Below are positions 1 through 11,484 of a stretch of DNA of 64,000 nt, in pieces. The position numbers and the translations under genes are program-made. Under the pieces are notes generated by a model. It did not search any database and was not told where the DNA came from. It saw only the letters and a program-made list of their open reading frames with translations. Origin of the DNA: an uncultured Nitrosomonadales bacterium. GTDB lineage: Bacteria > Pseudomonadota > Gammaproteobacteria > Burkholderiales > Gallionellaceae. The first letter of the stretch is position 1. Every line of letters starts with the position of its first letter. The stretch covers positions 1,319 to 65,318 of the forward strand of contig CAIOKY010000075.1 in the NCBI GenBank assembly GCA_903858965.1, read 5' to 3'.

Positions 1-1209
<1,209 letters not shown>

Positions 1210-1235
1210 TTACCTTGAAAATTGCTTGGGTGTAC

Positions 1236-1526
1236 TTACGCTTCCACTACGCCGATGATGTCATCTTCGCGCATGGTCATGAATTCCTGGCCATCCATTT
1301 TGAAAGCCTGGCCTGCATATTTGCCGAACAGTACGCGGTCGCCGACTTTAACGCTCATGGCCTGCAACTTGCCGTCGTCACCAACTTTGCCCTTGCCCAC
1401 GGCGATGATTTCGCCTTGGTCTGGTTTTTCGGCGGCAGCATCAGGAATGACGATTCCAGAGGCGGTTTTACGTTCTTCTTCCATACGTTTGACGATCACG
1501 CGGTCGTTCAAAGGACGAATTTTCAT
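1236..1526 (-). CDS. groES: Co-chaperonin GroES
   Basis: [14 protein letters not shown]...[24 protein letters not shown]; directly upstream of groEL. Confidence 0.99.
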   Translation of the reverse strand: MKIRPLNDRVIVKRMEEERKTASGIVIPDAAAEKPDQGEIIAVGKGKVGDDGKLQAMSVKVGDRVLFGKYAGQAFKMDGQEFMTMREDDIIGVVEA

Positions 1527-1572
1527 ACTGATGTCTCCTAAAACAATGGGTTAAAAAATGCGGAGGCGAAGT

Positions 1573-1599
1573 TTAGCACTCTCTGCCTGCGAGTGCCAA
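1573..1599. promoter_or_regulatory. CIRCE element (HrcA operator)
   Basis: TTAGCACTC-N9-GAGTGCCAA, one mismatch from the TTAGCACTC-N9-GAGTGCTAA consensus, upstream of groES. Confidence 0.92.
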
Positions 1600-1600
1600 T

Positions 1601-1630
1601 AGTCGGGGTAACCCCACCCGATTTCAAGGG
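1601..1630 (-). promoter_or_regulatory. sigma32 (RpoH)-type promoter of groESL
   Basis: Minus strand CCCTTGAAA-N13-CCCCGACTA vs consensus CTTGAA-N13-17-CCCCATNTA, just upstream of CIRCE. Confidence 0.7.
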
Positions 1631-1642
1631 CAGGGATGAGAT

Positions 1643-2893
1643 TTATTTTTTTGGGGGGAGGGTGATCTTGTTGTCGGTGCTGAACTGATAGTCCTTGAAT
1701 ATATGTTCGGCGGTCAGGATTTGATACGTGCCATCAGTATTGCAATGCGAGGTGTCTTTGAGGCGGTAAGTGTAATGCCCGCAGGTCCAGCAATCATAGT
1801 TGCGCATGTGGGTGCACAGACAAGTCTTGTCCTTGACGGAAATTTTCTTGGCATCGGGATGCAATGCGACTTCGCGGTTGTACGCATCGATATAGGCACA
1901 GTGGCCGTTGGCATCGAGGAGATAGCCGTAAGCTTCGCAGTTCGGGCGTATGCCCGCGCCGATCGCCGGGCAACTCTTGATCATGCGCATCGGATAGCCG
2001 GTCGGTGAGATCATGTTGACTTCGATGTCTTCTTCGTTGGCCTTGAAGTATTCCTGCTGGATTGCTTCCGGGATACCGCATTCTTTCGCAACGGTAAAGC
2101 GTGTCGCCACTTGAACGGCAGCACAGCCCTTCTCCAGAAAATCGACTGCATCACTACCGGTAAAGACTCCGCCTGCAGCAATCACCGGGATATCCAGCTG
2201 CTCGGCTTTTAAATGGGCAACGATTTCGGCCACGATGGCATGAAGGTCATACTGTGCCCAGTCCATTCCAAAGCCCAGATGTCCGCCAGCCAACGGGCCT
2301 TCCACGACAATGTAATCGGGCAGACGATCCAGCTTTGCATTTTTACGTATAAACAGCTGCAAGGCGCGCAACGAGGATACGATGATTCCCAGTTTGGCGT
2401 CGCGGAAGCGCGGATTATCTTCCATCAAAGCGAACGATCCGAGATGCAGGCCTGCGCTTAACGTGATACCGTCGATTCCGGCATCCAGCGCACCACACAG
2501 CCGCACGCGCAAAGTCTCGCGCGGTGCATTCATGGTCAACTTTTCCATGCAGTTGACAAAAATCATGCCATCGCCGCGCTTGGCATCCATGGTTTTGCCG
2601 ACATGCAAGCGGGTCGATTCGGCCACCTGCCCCAAATCGAATTGCACGATCGATTTGTCGGTTTTTTCGACGTTGAGTTTGTATTGCTTTTGTTTGGCGC
2701 TGACGAATTTCGTTTTGTAGTGACGATCCGTGACGGTAGGCAACATCGCATCGGAAATATGCCCGACTCCGCCCAGCCGCGCAGCCTCCAGAGCCAGTTC
2801 GCGACTCGAGATATCCACACCCATCCCGCCGATTATAATCGGCACCACCTCGCGTTTGCCAAAGCGCAAACGGAAATCATCGACACATTTCAT
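1643..2893 (-). CDS. Nitronate monooxygenase-family FMN oxidoreductase with Cys-rich C-terminus
   Basis: PIIIGGMGVDIS, VEGPLAGGHLG, IPVIAAGGV, VQVATRF motifs. Confidence 0.85.
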   Translation of the reverse strand: MKCVDDFRLRFGKREVVPIIIGGMGVDISSRELALEAARLGGVGHISDAMLPTVTDRHYKTKFVSAKQKQYKLNVEKTDKSIVQFDLGQVAESTRLHVGKTMDAKRGDGMIFVNCMEKLTMNAPRETLRVRLCGALDAGIDGITLSAGLHLGSFALMEDNPRFRDAKLGIIVSSLRALQLFIRKNAKLDRLPDYIVVEGPLAGGHLGFGMDWAQYDLHAIVAEIVAHLKAEQLDIPVIAAGGVFTGSDAVDFLEKGCAAVQVATRFTVAKECGIPEAIQQEYFKANEEDIEVNMISPTGYPMRMIKSCPAIGAGIRPNCEAYGYLLDANGHCAYIDAYNREVALHPDAKKISVKDKTCLCTHMRNYDCWTCGHYTYRLKDTSHCNTDGTYQILTAEHIFKDYQFSTDNKITLPPKK

Positions 2894-3044
2894 TACTGTT
2901 TCTTTCTGACTGCCAATATTGAGATGTCAAGGATGCCACAGATAGGACTATCCTCAAAATAAAATTAAGCCTGTCCGGCTTGAAATAAACCGATAAACCC
3001 TTTGTGCAGCGCAAGTTACTGTGAAACCCGTTATGATTTCGTCC

Positions 3045-4418
3045 ATGTCCGATCAGCCTCACCCAAACGGTAACCTTGATCTCCTTGCCCGCAGCCTCGC
3101 CGCCGTGTGGCATCCCTGTTCCCAGATGAGGCATTACGAGAAATTTCCGCTACTGCCTATCGCAAGGGGGGAAGGAGTTTGGCTGTATGACCACAACAAT
3201 AAGCGCTATCTGGATGCAATAAGTTCATGGTGGGTAAATCTGTTCGGGCATTGTGATCCACGCATCAGTTCCGCGATCACCGACCAACTCGGAAAGCTGG
3301 AGCATGTGATGCTGGCCGGATTTACCCACGAGCCGGTGGTGCAGCTTTCAGAGCGTTTGCGCGAGCTCGCACCAGAAGGTCTGGGACACTGTTTTTATGC
3401 CTCTGATGGTGCATCGGCGACCGAAATCGCATTGAAAATGAGCGCGCATTACTGGCGCAACAGTGGCAAGCCCGACAAGACACAATTCATCAGCCTGGAA
3501 AACAGCTACCACGGCGAAACGCTGGGCGCGTTGTCGGTGACCGACGTGGCGCTGTTCCGTGATGCATACGGCGCACTGATCCGGCAACAGACCACCGTGC
3601 CGAGTCCGGATTCGCGCAAGGCTGCGGCGGGAGAAAGCGCCGAAGATTACGCCTTGCGTTGCGCCGACGCGCTCGAGCAACATTTGCAGCGGCATCACGC
3701 GCAACTCGCAGCATTCATCATCGAGCCGCTGGTGCAGGGCGCGGCGGGCATGGCGATGTATCACCCGGTTTATTTGCGGCGCGCGCGGCAACTTTGCGAT
3801 AGGTATGAAGTACATCTGATTGCCGATGAGATCGCCGTTGGCATGGGCCGGACCGGCACGATGTTCGCCTGCGAGCAGGCTCCGCAACTGTCACAGCCGG
3901 CTTCTGTCCAAGGGACAAAGGGAATTACCCCGGACTTTTTATGCCTCTCCAAGGGCATTACCGGCGGCTATCTGCCATTGTCGGTAGTGATGACGCATGA
4001 TGAAATTTACCAAGCATTTTATGGCGATGAGATGGCAAGAGGTTTTCTGCATTCGCATTCCTACACCGGGAATCCACTGGCGTGCCGCGCGGCACTCGCC
4101 ACGCTGGATATCTTTACCGAAGACAACGTGCTCGCGATGAACCGCAACAAGGCGGCATACCTTAACGAAATAGCAGCGCCGTTGCGTGAGCACCGTGCGG
4201 TTCGACATTGGCGCAACACGGGGATGATGTGGGCATTCGAGGTGCAGAGTCCGCATGCCGATTTTGCGCAACGCTGTTTTACACTTGTACTGGAGAACGG
4301 ACTATTGTTACGCCCGATTGGCAATACGATTTATTTCATGCCGCCATATATAATTGAAGAACCGGAGATGGATGTGCTGGTCAATCGCACCCTGCGCATC
4401 GTCGACCAACTGAGTTAG
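3045..4418 (+). CDS. bioA: Adenosylmethionine-8-amino-7-oxononanoate transaminase
   Basis: WHPCSQM, DAISSWWVNLFGH, SYHGETLG, LIADEIAVGMGRTG, CLSKGITGGYLPL, HSHSYTGNPLAC; start taken as ATG 3045. Confidence 0.95.
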   Translation: MSDQPHPNGNLDLLARSLAAVWHPCSQMRHYEKFPLLPIARGEGVWLYDHNNKRYLDAISSWWVNLFGHCDPRISSAITDQLGKLEHVMLAGFTHEPVVQLSERLRELAPEGLGHCFYASDGASATEIALKMSAHYWRNSGKPDKTQFISLENSYHGETLGALSVTDVALFRDAYGALIRQQTTVPSPDSRKAAAGESAEDYALRCADALEQHLQRHHAQLAAFIIEPLVQGAAGMAMYHPVYLRRARQLCDRYEVHLIADEIAVGMGRTGTMFACEQAPQLSQPASVQGTKGITPDFLCLSKGITGGYLPLSVVMTHDEIYQAFYGDEMARGFLHSHSYTGNPLACRAALATLDIFTEDNVLAMNRNKAAYLNEIAAPLREHRAVRHWRNTGMMWAFEVQSPHADFAQRCFTLVLENGLLLRPIGNTIYFMPPYIIEEPEMDVLVNRTLRIVDQLS

Positions 4419-4423
4419 GCGAT

Positions 4424-6103
4424 ATGCGGATCTTTTTCATCAAGCTGTTTTTTTTCTGCCTGGCCACTACCCGGGCAGCTGCCGCCGTTTTGCCGGAGCC
4501 GGTCAGCGAGGCACTCAGGCAGGCACATATTCCGCTGTCCAGTGTCGGTATTGTGGTGCAGGAGGTGCGCGAGTCAGCACCTCTGATCAGCCTGAATGCC
4601 GGACAGCCAATGAATCCGGCTTCCACGATGAAGTTGCTCACCACCTTCGCAGCATTGGAAACGCTGGGTCCCGCGTACCGTTGGAAGACCGAGGCATATC
4701 TTAACGGCAAGCTGGAAAATGGCGTATTGCAAGGTGATCTGGTGTTCAAGGGTTATGGCGACCCGAAGCTGACCGTCGAGCAATTCTGGATGTGGCTGCG
4801 CGAACTGCGCCAGCGCGGGCTGCGCGAGATACGTGGTGACATCGTGCTGGACCACGGTTTTTTCGAGACCATTAACCAGGATCCTGCGGAGTTCGACAAT
4901 GACCCGACCCGTGCCTATAACGTCGGCACCAGCGCGCTACTACTCAATTTCAATGCGCTGCATTTGCACCTGATTCCGGATGGCCATGCAACCACTGCTC
5001 TCCTGGAGCCCGGGTTGGCCGGCTACACACTGGTCAATCGCATAACCACCTCGCCTAAATTGCATTGTGGCGGCGAAGATATCTACAAGGCGCATCTGGA
5101 CGGACACAACATTGTGCTGGAAGGCAGCATCCCGGACTCTTGTGGCGAGGCAGATGATTATTTTTCGTTATTGCCGCACGACGCATATTTCCTGGCGGTG
5201 TTCAACGGGTTGTGGCAAGAACTGGGCGGCACACTGCAAGGCAAGGTGCGTGAGGGAACTGCGCCTGCCGATCAGGTTCCGTTCGCCCAATATGTTTCGC
5301 CGCCGTTGTCGGAAGTGATACGCGACATCAACAAATTCAGCAACAACATCATGGCGCGACAGCTCTTCCTGACTTTGGGGACAGGAACATCCGTAATGGG
5401 TCCAGTAAATTCTCCGCAGAGCGCAGGCGGACTTACGCTTACTGACAGCAATGGCAAACATGATAATCCTTCAAACACACAAGAATCCAGCGGAGCGTTA
5501 TTCCTGGCCGGGCAAGAAGGCGGGGACATCACAGATACGGAATTGCCGGACATCCCTGTATCTGCAATGCAAGACAGACGGCCAGCTTCGGGCAGTCTTA
5601 TACCGGCGCAACCTGATGCGGGAAGCGGATTGCCCGCGTCGGGTGTACTTGCCACGAGAACTTCTGCAATCAATATGCCTCCCGCCAACATTGCGCGCAG
5701 CACTGCGGCAATGCAGCAGTGGTTGAAGACGCAACAACTGCAATTTCCCGAACTGGTCCTGGAGAATGGCGCGGGGCTGTCACGCAAGGAGCGCATCAGT
5801 GCCGGCCATCTTGCCGAGCTTCTGCAACGCGCTACACACAGCCCGTTCTATGCAGAATTGGAAGCTTCCCTGCCGATATTGGGTATGGACGGCACGGTAA
5901 AAAAACGATTCAAGGATAACGAGATCGCGGGTTATGCACACCTTAAAACCGGTTCGCTTGAGGGCGTGAAATCCATTGCGGGATATGTACAGGCGCATAG
6001 CGGCAAGCAGTGGATCGTCGTGTTCCTCGTCAATCATCCGAAGGCTGCCTTGGCACAGCCCGCACAGGATGCGTTGATCGAATGGTTACAGAAAGAACAC
6101 TAG
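4424..6103 (+). CDS. dacB: D-alanyl-D-alanine carboxypeptidase/endopeptidase (PBP4, peptidase S13) with ~100 aa insertion
   Basis: PASTMK (SxxK), KFSNN (SxN), HLKTGSL (KTG), GYGDP. Confidence 0.93.
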   Translation: MRIFFIKLFFFCLATTRAAAAVLPEPVSEALRQAHIPLSSVGIVVQEVRESAPLISLNAGQPMNPASTMKLLTTFAALETLGPAYRWKTEAYLNGKLENGVLQGDLVFKGYGDPKLTVEQFWMWLRELRQRGLREIRGDIVLDHGFFETINQDPAEFDNDPTRAYNVGTSALLLNFNALHLHLIPDGHATTALLEPGLAGYTLVNRITTSPKLHCGGEDIYKAHLDGHNIVLEGSIPDSCGEADDYFSLLPHDAYFLAVFNGLWQELGGTLQGKVREGTAPADQVPFAQYVSPPLSEVIRDINKFSNNIMARQLFLTLGTGTSVMGPVNSPQSAGGLTLTDSNGKHDNPSNTQESSGALFLAGQEGGDITDTELPDIPVSAMQDRRPASGSLIPAQPDAGSGLPASGVLATRTSAINMPPANIARSTAAMQQWLKTQQLQFPELVLENGAGLSRKERISAGHLAELLQRATHSPFYAELEASLPILGMDGTVKKRFKDNEIAGYAHLKTGSLEGVKSIAGYVQAHSGKQWIVVFLVNHPKAALAQPAQDALIEWLQKEH

Positions 6104-6220
6104 GAATAGCTTTACAATATCTTGTGCGAGGATCGTTAATTCATATCGTTGTGACCGATACAATGAGACTTGCGTCATACTGGATGGGGCACAATTTTTA
6201 ATTTACCAAGGGGGTATTTA

Positions 6221-6688
6221 ATGAGAAAGGTTGTTATTGTTGCGCTGTTGTCGGTTTTCGTTGCAACGCCTGCCATCGCTGCCGGAAATGCAGGCCAACT
6301 CTATGCGGGAGCCAAACTGAGTGATGGTTTGGGCGTATTCGGCGGTTACACGATCGACCAGAAGTTTTCTGCAGAAATCGAGTACACCGATTTGGGCAGT
6401 TCTGGCTATTGGAAGAGTAGCGCCATAGGTGTCAGCGGAGTGTATTCATACCCGGTCAAGCCCCTGATCTCCTTGATTGGTAAACTGGGTATGGCACGTG
6501 CTTCATCAGATTATTCATACCTGGGTACAACCTACACGCGCACCAACACTGATCTGAGCTTTTCCATCGGCGCGCAATATACCGTCAATCCCCAGATAGG
6601 TGTTCAGGGCGGCATACAATCTTATTCCTTACCCAGTGGCGCAGGCTCTGCGGATTCATTGTATGTCGCCGGTGTGTTCAAATTCTGA
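6221..6688 (+). CDS. Outer-membrane beta-barrel protein (OmpA transmembrane-like)
   Basis: Signal peptide MRKVVIVALLSVFVATPAIA, alternating beta-strands, C-terminal Phe (VFKF); purine-rich RBS before ATG 6221. Confidence 0.8.
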   Translation: MRKVVIVALLSVFVATPAIAAGNAGQLYAGAKLSDGLGVFGGYTIDQKFSAEIEYTDLGSSGYWKSSAIGVSGVYSYPVKPLISLIGKLGMARASSDYSYLGTTYTRTNTDLSFSIGAQYTVNPQIGVQGGIQSYSLPSGAGSADSLYVAGVFKF

Positions 6689-6731
6689 GCCAGCCATTCA
6701 GTAGCCTTAAATGGGCTATAAGGAGCCAATC

Positions 6732-7235
6732 ATGACAACAAGAACAACTTTGATGGTCGCGCTGTTATCCATGTTTGCAACTGCATCAGTGAGCGCAGCC
6801 ATTTTGCCTGAGGATGCCGCACGCAGTGCTGGGATCAACTATGGGCTGGAACACGCTTTGGGTGTCCAGGGGGAGGTCGACATTTCTTCCTTGGTCGATA
6901 ATGCCCCTGTTGCGGCCCAGGTGTTTTGTAAGCATTATCTGCAGAACCCCACTCCTGGCGATTCATGGAGCACAACAGGTATCGGTGCGGCAGTGATATA
7001 TGATTTTAACTCGGTATCCAGGATGAATCAGGAAACGCATCCTTATGTCGGTGTAGGCGTGATGTACATATTTCACAGCTGGGCAGGAACTGGTCCCGCC
7101 CGACCATATGATGGCGTGGGTAGCGGGTTGTATCTGGTTGGCGGGGTAAGGTACGCGCTTACTCCCAAAGTGGCCGCCGATTTGAATTACAACATTTTTG
7201 GCGACCTGACCGCTGGAATAAATTACAGCTTTTAG
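6732..7235 (+). CDS. Outer-membrane beta-barrel protein
   Basis: AGGAG RBS, signal peptide, HPYVGVG strand, C-terminal AGINYSF. Confidence 0.78.
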   Translation: MTTRTTLMVALLSMFATASVSAAILPEDAARSAGINYGLEHALGVQGEVDISSLVDNAPVAAQVFCKHYLQNPTPGDSWSTTGIGAAVIYDFNSVSRMNQETHPYVGVGVMYIFHSWAGTGPARPYDGVGSGLYLVGGVRYALTPKVAADLNYNIFGDLTAGINYSF

Positions 7236-7374
7236 GTGAGCGCATATAAACTTCAAGATGGCACTTCGCATTGCACGCGAAAATTGGAGTGATTGGGGCT
7301 GCTTCAGAAATAGATCCCAACATGCCAATGCATTCGATAAATAATCACAATTTAACAGGCCGGGAGATAAAGCA

Positions 7375-8178
7375 ATGAACAGGATGAATGCAGTGATGAT
7401 TGCTATCGTGGGTCTGGCTACAGTAACTGCGGTTCGTGCAGAACCCGGCCTGAGAACTCAAACGGGCAACGATATTGGTGTGTCACTTTCGTCTTACCAG
7501 TATCAGGAACCCGGGATTATGTCGTTAAAGGGTACTAAAGTTGGATTGGATATGCGTGCTGTCAAGGTGTCCGGGGATCGCGACAAGCTGATTTTTCGCG
7601 GCGACCTGCGCTTTGCTCTTGGTTCAGTGGACTACGACAGCAATGCCACGGGAAGCGCAAATGGAGATCCGGATTGGTATCTCGAGGCCAGGGGTCTGTT
7701 TGGTAAAGACCGGGTGATCAATGAAGCGGTGATTTCACCTTATACCGGTTTGGGCTATCGCTATTTGTTCAACGATGGACGCGGCCTAACCAGCACTGGT
7801 TATTCAGGATACCGTCGTGAAAGCAACTATCTCTATTTGCCTATCGGTATGATCCATCGCATCGCGCTCAATGGACAGGCAAGACTGGAGAGCACACTGG
7901 AATACGACTATCTTTTGGCAGGCACACAAAACACCAGCTTGTCCGATGTAGGGGCCGGGTACAGTGATGTAACGAACAATCAGAGCAGTGGATATGGGCT
8001 GAAATTCAGCGTAATGTATCTGAAGAGCAAATGGGCAATCGGCCCTTATGCGCATTATTGGAATATTGGTCAATCAGATACTGCAATTATTTACCAGAAT
8101 GGCAGTCCAGCTTTCATCGGTGTGGAGCCGCAAAACAATACTATGGAATTTGGCCTCAGGGCTAGCCAACAATTTTGA
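7375..8178 (+). CDS. Outer-membrane beta-barrel protein (larger, autotransporter-barrel-like)
   Basis: Signal peptide ending AVRA, PYTGLGYRYL, Tyr/Gly-rich strands, C-terminal GLRASQQF. Confidence 0.75.
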   Translation: MNRMNAVMIAIVGLATVTAVRAEPGLRTQTGNDIGVSLSSYQYQEPGIMSLKGTKVGLDMRAVKVSGDRDKLIFRGDLRFALGSVDYDSNATGSANGDPDWYLEARGLFGKDRVINEAVISPYTGLGYRYLFNDGRGLTSTGYSGYRRESNYLYLPIGMIHRIALNGQARLESTLEYDYLLAGTQNTSLSDVGAGYSDVTNNQSSGYGLKFSVMYLKSKWAIGPYAHYWNIGQSDTAIIYQNGSPAFIGVEPQNNTMEFGLRASQQF

Positions 8179-8223
8179 CCAGGTTCAATGCATTACTCAC
8201 CTACAGTAGTAGCCGAGTATTAG

Positions 8224-9702
8224 CTACAATCCCAATTCAGCCCACATCTGATCCACCCTTGCCCTCACCGCCGCGTCCATCACGATAGGCGTGCCCCATT
8301 CTCGTTGAGTTTCGCCCGGCCATTTGTTGGTGGCATCCAATCCCATCTTGCCGCCTAGTCCCGACACCGGACTGGCGAAATCCAAATAATCGATAGGCGT
8401 GTTGTCCACCAATAACGTATCGCGTACCGGATCGACGCGCGTGGTGATCGCCCAGATCACTTCCTGCCAGTTGCGGACGTCGATGTCGTCATCCACCACG
8501 ATGATGAACTTGGTGTACATGAACTGGCGTAAAAAACTCCAGATGCCGAACATCACGCGCTTGGCGTGCCCGGCATATTGCTTCTTGATGCTTACTACCG
8601 CCATGCGATATGAGCAGCCTTCCGGCGGCAGGTAAAAATCAATGATCTCGGGAAACTGTTTTTGCAATAGCGGCACGAACACTTCATTCAGTGCTACGCC
8701 CAGCATGGACGGCTCGTCGGGCGGCTTGCCGGTGTAAGTGGAATGGTAGATCGGGTCACGGCGCATCGTGATGCGTTCGATGGTGAACACCGGGAATTTA
8801 TCCTGCTCGTTGTAATAGCCGGTGTGGTCGCCGAACGGTCCTTCCAGCGCCATCTCATCGGGATGGATCACGCCCTCCAGAACGATCTCCGCACTGGCAG
8901 GCACTTGCAGATCGCTGCCTAGGCATTTGACCAGCTCGGTCTTGCTGCCGCGCAGTAATCCGGCGAACTGATATTCGGAAAGACTGTCCGGCACCGGCGT
9001 GACCGCACCGAGTATCGTCGCCGGATCGGCACCGATCACCACAGCGACAGGAAACGCTTCACCCGGATGCGTTTTGCACCAATCCTGAAAATCCAAAGCA
9101 CCTCCGCGGTGTGCCAGCCAGCGCATGATGACTTTATCAGGTGCGATCACTTGTTGGCGATAGATGCCGAGATTCTGGCGTATCTTGTTCGGCCCGCGTG
9201 TCACCACCAAGCCCCAGGTAATGAGTGGTGCGACATCGCCGGGCCAGCAGGTCTGGATCGGCAACTTGTTCAAATCCACTTCGTTGCCCTCCCATACCAC
9301 ATCCTGGCAGGGCGCACCGGATAGAATCTTGGGGGACATGTTTAATACTTGTTTTAATACCGGCCACTTTTCCCAGGCATCTTTCAATCCTTTGGGTGGT
9401 TCGGGTTCCTTGAGGTAAGCAAGCAATTTGCCCACTTCGCGCAAGGCCTGTGTGCTCTCTTCGCCCATGCCCAAGGCCACGCGGCGCGGAGTGCCGAACA
9501 GATTTGCCAGGACAGGTATTTTGTTTGCGGACATGTTGGGCCCGACCGGATTTTCGAACAGGATCGCCGGGCCTTGCGCGCGCAACACACGATCGCATAT
9601 CTCGGTCATTTCCAGATAGGGTGAAACCGGTGCGACGACGCGCTTGAGTTCGCCGATTTTTTCCAGCTGAGCGATGAAATCACGCAAGTCGTGGTATTTC
9701 AT
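8224..9702 (-). CDS. ubiD: 4-hydroxy-3-polyprenylbenzoate decarboxylase
   Basis: [45 protein letters not shown]. Confidence 0.97.
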   Translation of the reverse strand: MKYHDLRDFIAQLEKIGELKRVVAPVSPYLEMTEICDRVLRAQGPAILFENPVGPNMSANKIPVLANLFGTPRRVALGMGEESTQALREVGKLLAYLKEPEPPKGLKDAWEKWPVLKQVLNMSPKILSGAPCQDVVWEGNEVDLNKLPIQTCWPGDVAPLITWGLVVTRGPNKIRQNLGIYRQQVIAPDKVIMRWLAHRGGALDFQDWCKTHPGEAFPVAVVIGADPATILGAVTPVPDSLSEYQFAGLLRGSKTELVKCLGSDLQVPASAEIVLEGVIHPDEMALEGPFGDHTGYYNEQDKFPVFTIERITMRRDPIYHSTYTGKPPDEPSMLGVALNEVFVPLLQKQFPEIIDFYLPPEGCSYRMAVVSIKKQYAGHAKRVMFGIWSFLRQFMYTKFIIVVDDDIDVRNWQEVIWAITTRVDPVRDTLLVDNTPIDYLDFASPVSGLGGKMGLDATNKWPGETQREWGTPIVMDAAVRARVDQMWAELGL

Positions 9703-10574
9703 TGGTAGAACCTTTCTTCGCCTGCGGGCCGAGTCTTGAAGCGTTTATGCAGCCAGAAATATTGTGCCGGCATTTCCCGCACGCGCTGTTCGATAAACTC
9801 GTTCATGCGCCGCGTATCGGCAATGTCATCGCCGGACGGATAATTTTCCCAGACCGGATAAAAGGTCAGCACATATCCTGCCCCACCCGGTAACAATCGC
9901 GTGATGCAAGGCAAAATTTTCGCGCTGGTCATCTGCGCAATGCGCGGCACCGAGGTCATTGTTGCGGCAGGTACACCGAAGAAGGGGATGAACGCACCAT
10001 CTTTGATACCCTGATCCTGGTCCGGTGGATAAATGAACGGCATGTTTGCGCGCATTCCCTTCAGGATGGGACGCAGTCCCTGCTGGCGAGAATAGAGATG
10101 CTGGTTGCGGAAGCGCGCGCGCTTCTTTAGCAACAGTTCTGTCAGATATTGATTCTTCTGGTTCGCATACATGCATACGGTATCGGTATGTTGCGCGATC
10201 CACTGGCCACCGGCATCCATACCGACAAAATGAGGCGTGAGCATGATGGATGGATGGCCCTGTATCGCATCAAAATGTTCGCTACCCTCGACGCGGATCA
10301 GGCTGGAAATGTACTCGGCACTTGACCACCACAGAATGCTGCGCTCGATGAGGCCGCGACAGAACAATCTGAAATGGTCGCGCAGAAGCTGTTCGCGCGC
10401 CTCGTCGCTGATATCGGGAAAGCACAATTTCAAATTGATGGCACCTACTTTTCGCCGTTCAGCAGCCAGCGGGTAAAGGATCGTACCCAGTCCGTTACCG
10501 ATCGCGACGATGATGCGAAATGGCAGGAAATGGATCAACCACAAAATGAAAACGCCTAGACGTGCCAACATCAC
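9699..10574 (-). CDS. Lipid A biosynthesis acyltransferase (LpxL/HtrB family)
   Basis: [31 protein letters not shown]. Confidence 0.9.
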   Translation of the reverse strand: MMLARLGVFILWLIHFLPFRIIVAIGNGLGTILYPLAAERRKVGAINLKLCFPDISDEAREQLLRDHFRLFCRGLIERSILWWSSAEYISSLIRVEGSEHFDAIQGHPSIMLTPHFVGMDAGGQWIAQHTDTVCMYANQKNQYLTELLLKKRARFRNQHLYSRQQGLRPILKGMRANMPFIYPPDQDQGIKDGAFIPFFGVPAATMTSVPRIAQMTSAKILPCITRLLPGGAGYVLTFYPVWENYPSGDDIADTRRMNEFIEQRVREMPAQYFWLHKRFKTRPAGEERFYQ

Positions 10575-11455
10575 TGCTCCTTGACCGGGACAGTAACTGG
10601 CGGCATCACGCCAGGCGGAACTTTGTAACGGTTATAGCTCCATAAATATTGTGCGGGAGAAATCGCGATCACGCGTTCCAGTGCCGCATTGATTTGCAGC
10701 GGCACAGATTTGTCAAAGTCCAATGGCAGCGGTTCAAAGCGCATGTTGTATCCGGTTCCGTTCGGCAGCCGTTCGGCATAGACCAACAGCACTGTCGCGC
10801 CGCTGGACTGAGCCAGGCGCCCACTCAACGTCATCGTGTAAGCGGGGCGCCCGAAAAAATTCACCCATTCGCCTTCGCCCTGGCTGGGTACCTGGTCGGG
10901 CAACAAGCCTATCGCTTCACCGCGTTTAAGTGCTTTGTAAAGCAGGCGCACGCCACTCATATCGGCAGTTGCCAATCGTGCCAATCCGCGTTCACGGCCG
11001 TTGCGCATTACTTCTTCGAGCCCATCCTGTTTCGGGGAGCTATACAAGTTTGTCAGCGCCAGATGTTGCCCGATATATAGACTGGTCATCTCAAAGCAAC
11101 CCCAATGTGGCGTAAGAAAAATAATTCCCTTGCCGCGTGCATGCGCCGCTTCGACATGTTCCCACCCTTGACAGTTTTGCACCGCTGCGCAGACTTGTTC
11201 CAGCGGCCTGCCCCATACCCACGGCAACTCGACGATGCTTTTACCCGCTTCGGCAATGGTTTGCCTGAGCAGGTAGGCATAGTGTTTCTCATCCGCAGCA
11301 ATATGCGCCTGACGCAAGTTTTCTTCAGTGCGTGCAGCATATTCTTTGGATATGAGAAAGGTCATCCGTCCGAGCAGCGCGCCCAAGCCGTGCAGCCAGC
11401 GCAGCGGCATGCTTGATAGTAAGCGAAAAATCAGTTTGAACAGGAATGAGGTCAT
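10571..11455 (-). CDS. Lipid A/lysophospholipid acyltransferase family protein
   Basis: FLTPHWGCFE, LLPDQVP, FFGRPAYTMTL, QYLWSYNRYK. Confidence 0.9.
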   Translation of the reverse strand: MTSFLFKLIFRLLSSMPLRWLHGLGALLGRMTFLISKEYAARTEENLRQAHIAADEKHYAYLLRQTIAEAGKSIVELPWVWGRPLEQVCAAVQNCQGWEHVEAAHARGKGIIFLTPHWGCFEMTSLYIGQHLALTNLYSSPKQDGLEEVMRNGRERGLARLATADMSGVRLLYKALKRGEAIGLLPDQVPSQGEGEWVNFFGRPAYTMTLSGRLAQSSGATVLLVYAERLPNGTGYNMRFEPLPLDFDKSVPLQINAALERVIAISPAQYLWSYNRYKVPPGVMPPVTVPVKEQ

Positions 11456-11475
11456 CGGTGGCCGGGCGAACTATT

Positions 11476-11484
11476 TGGTACAAT
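11476..11484 (+). promoter_or_regulatory. Extended -10 element of metK
   Basis: TG-G-TACAAT about 40 nt upstream of the metK ATG. Confidence 0.5.

Noticed and set aside
7259-7275. sigma54-like TGGCAC...TTGCA upstream of the third beta-barrel gene
   Set aside because: The GG-to-GC spacing is one base too long, and sigma54 spacing is strict.
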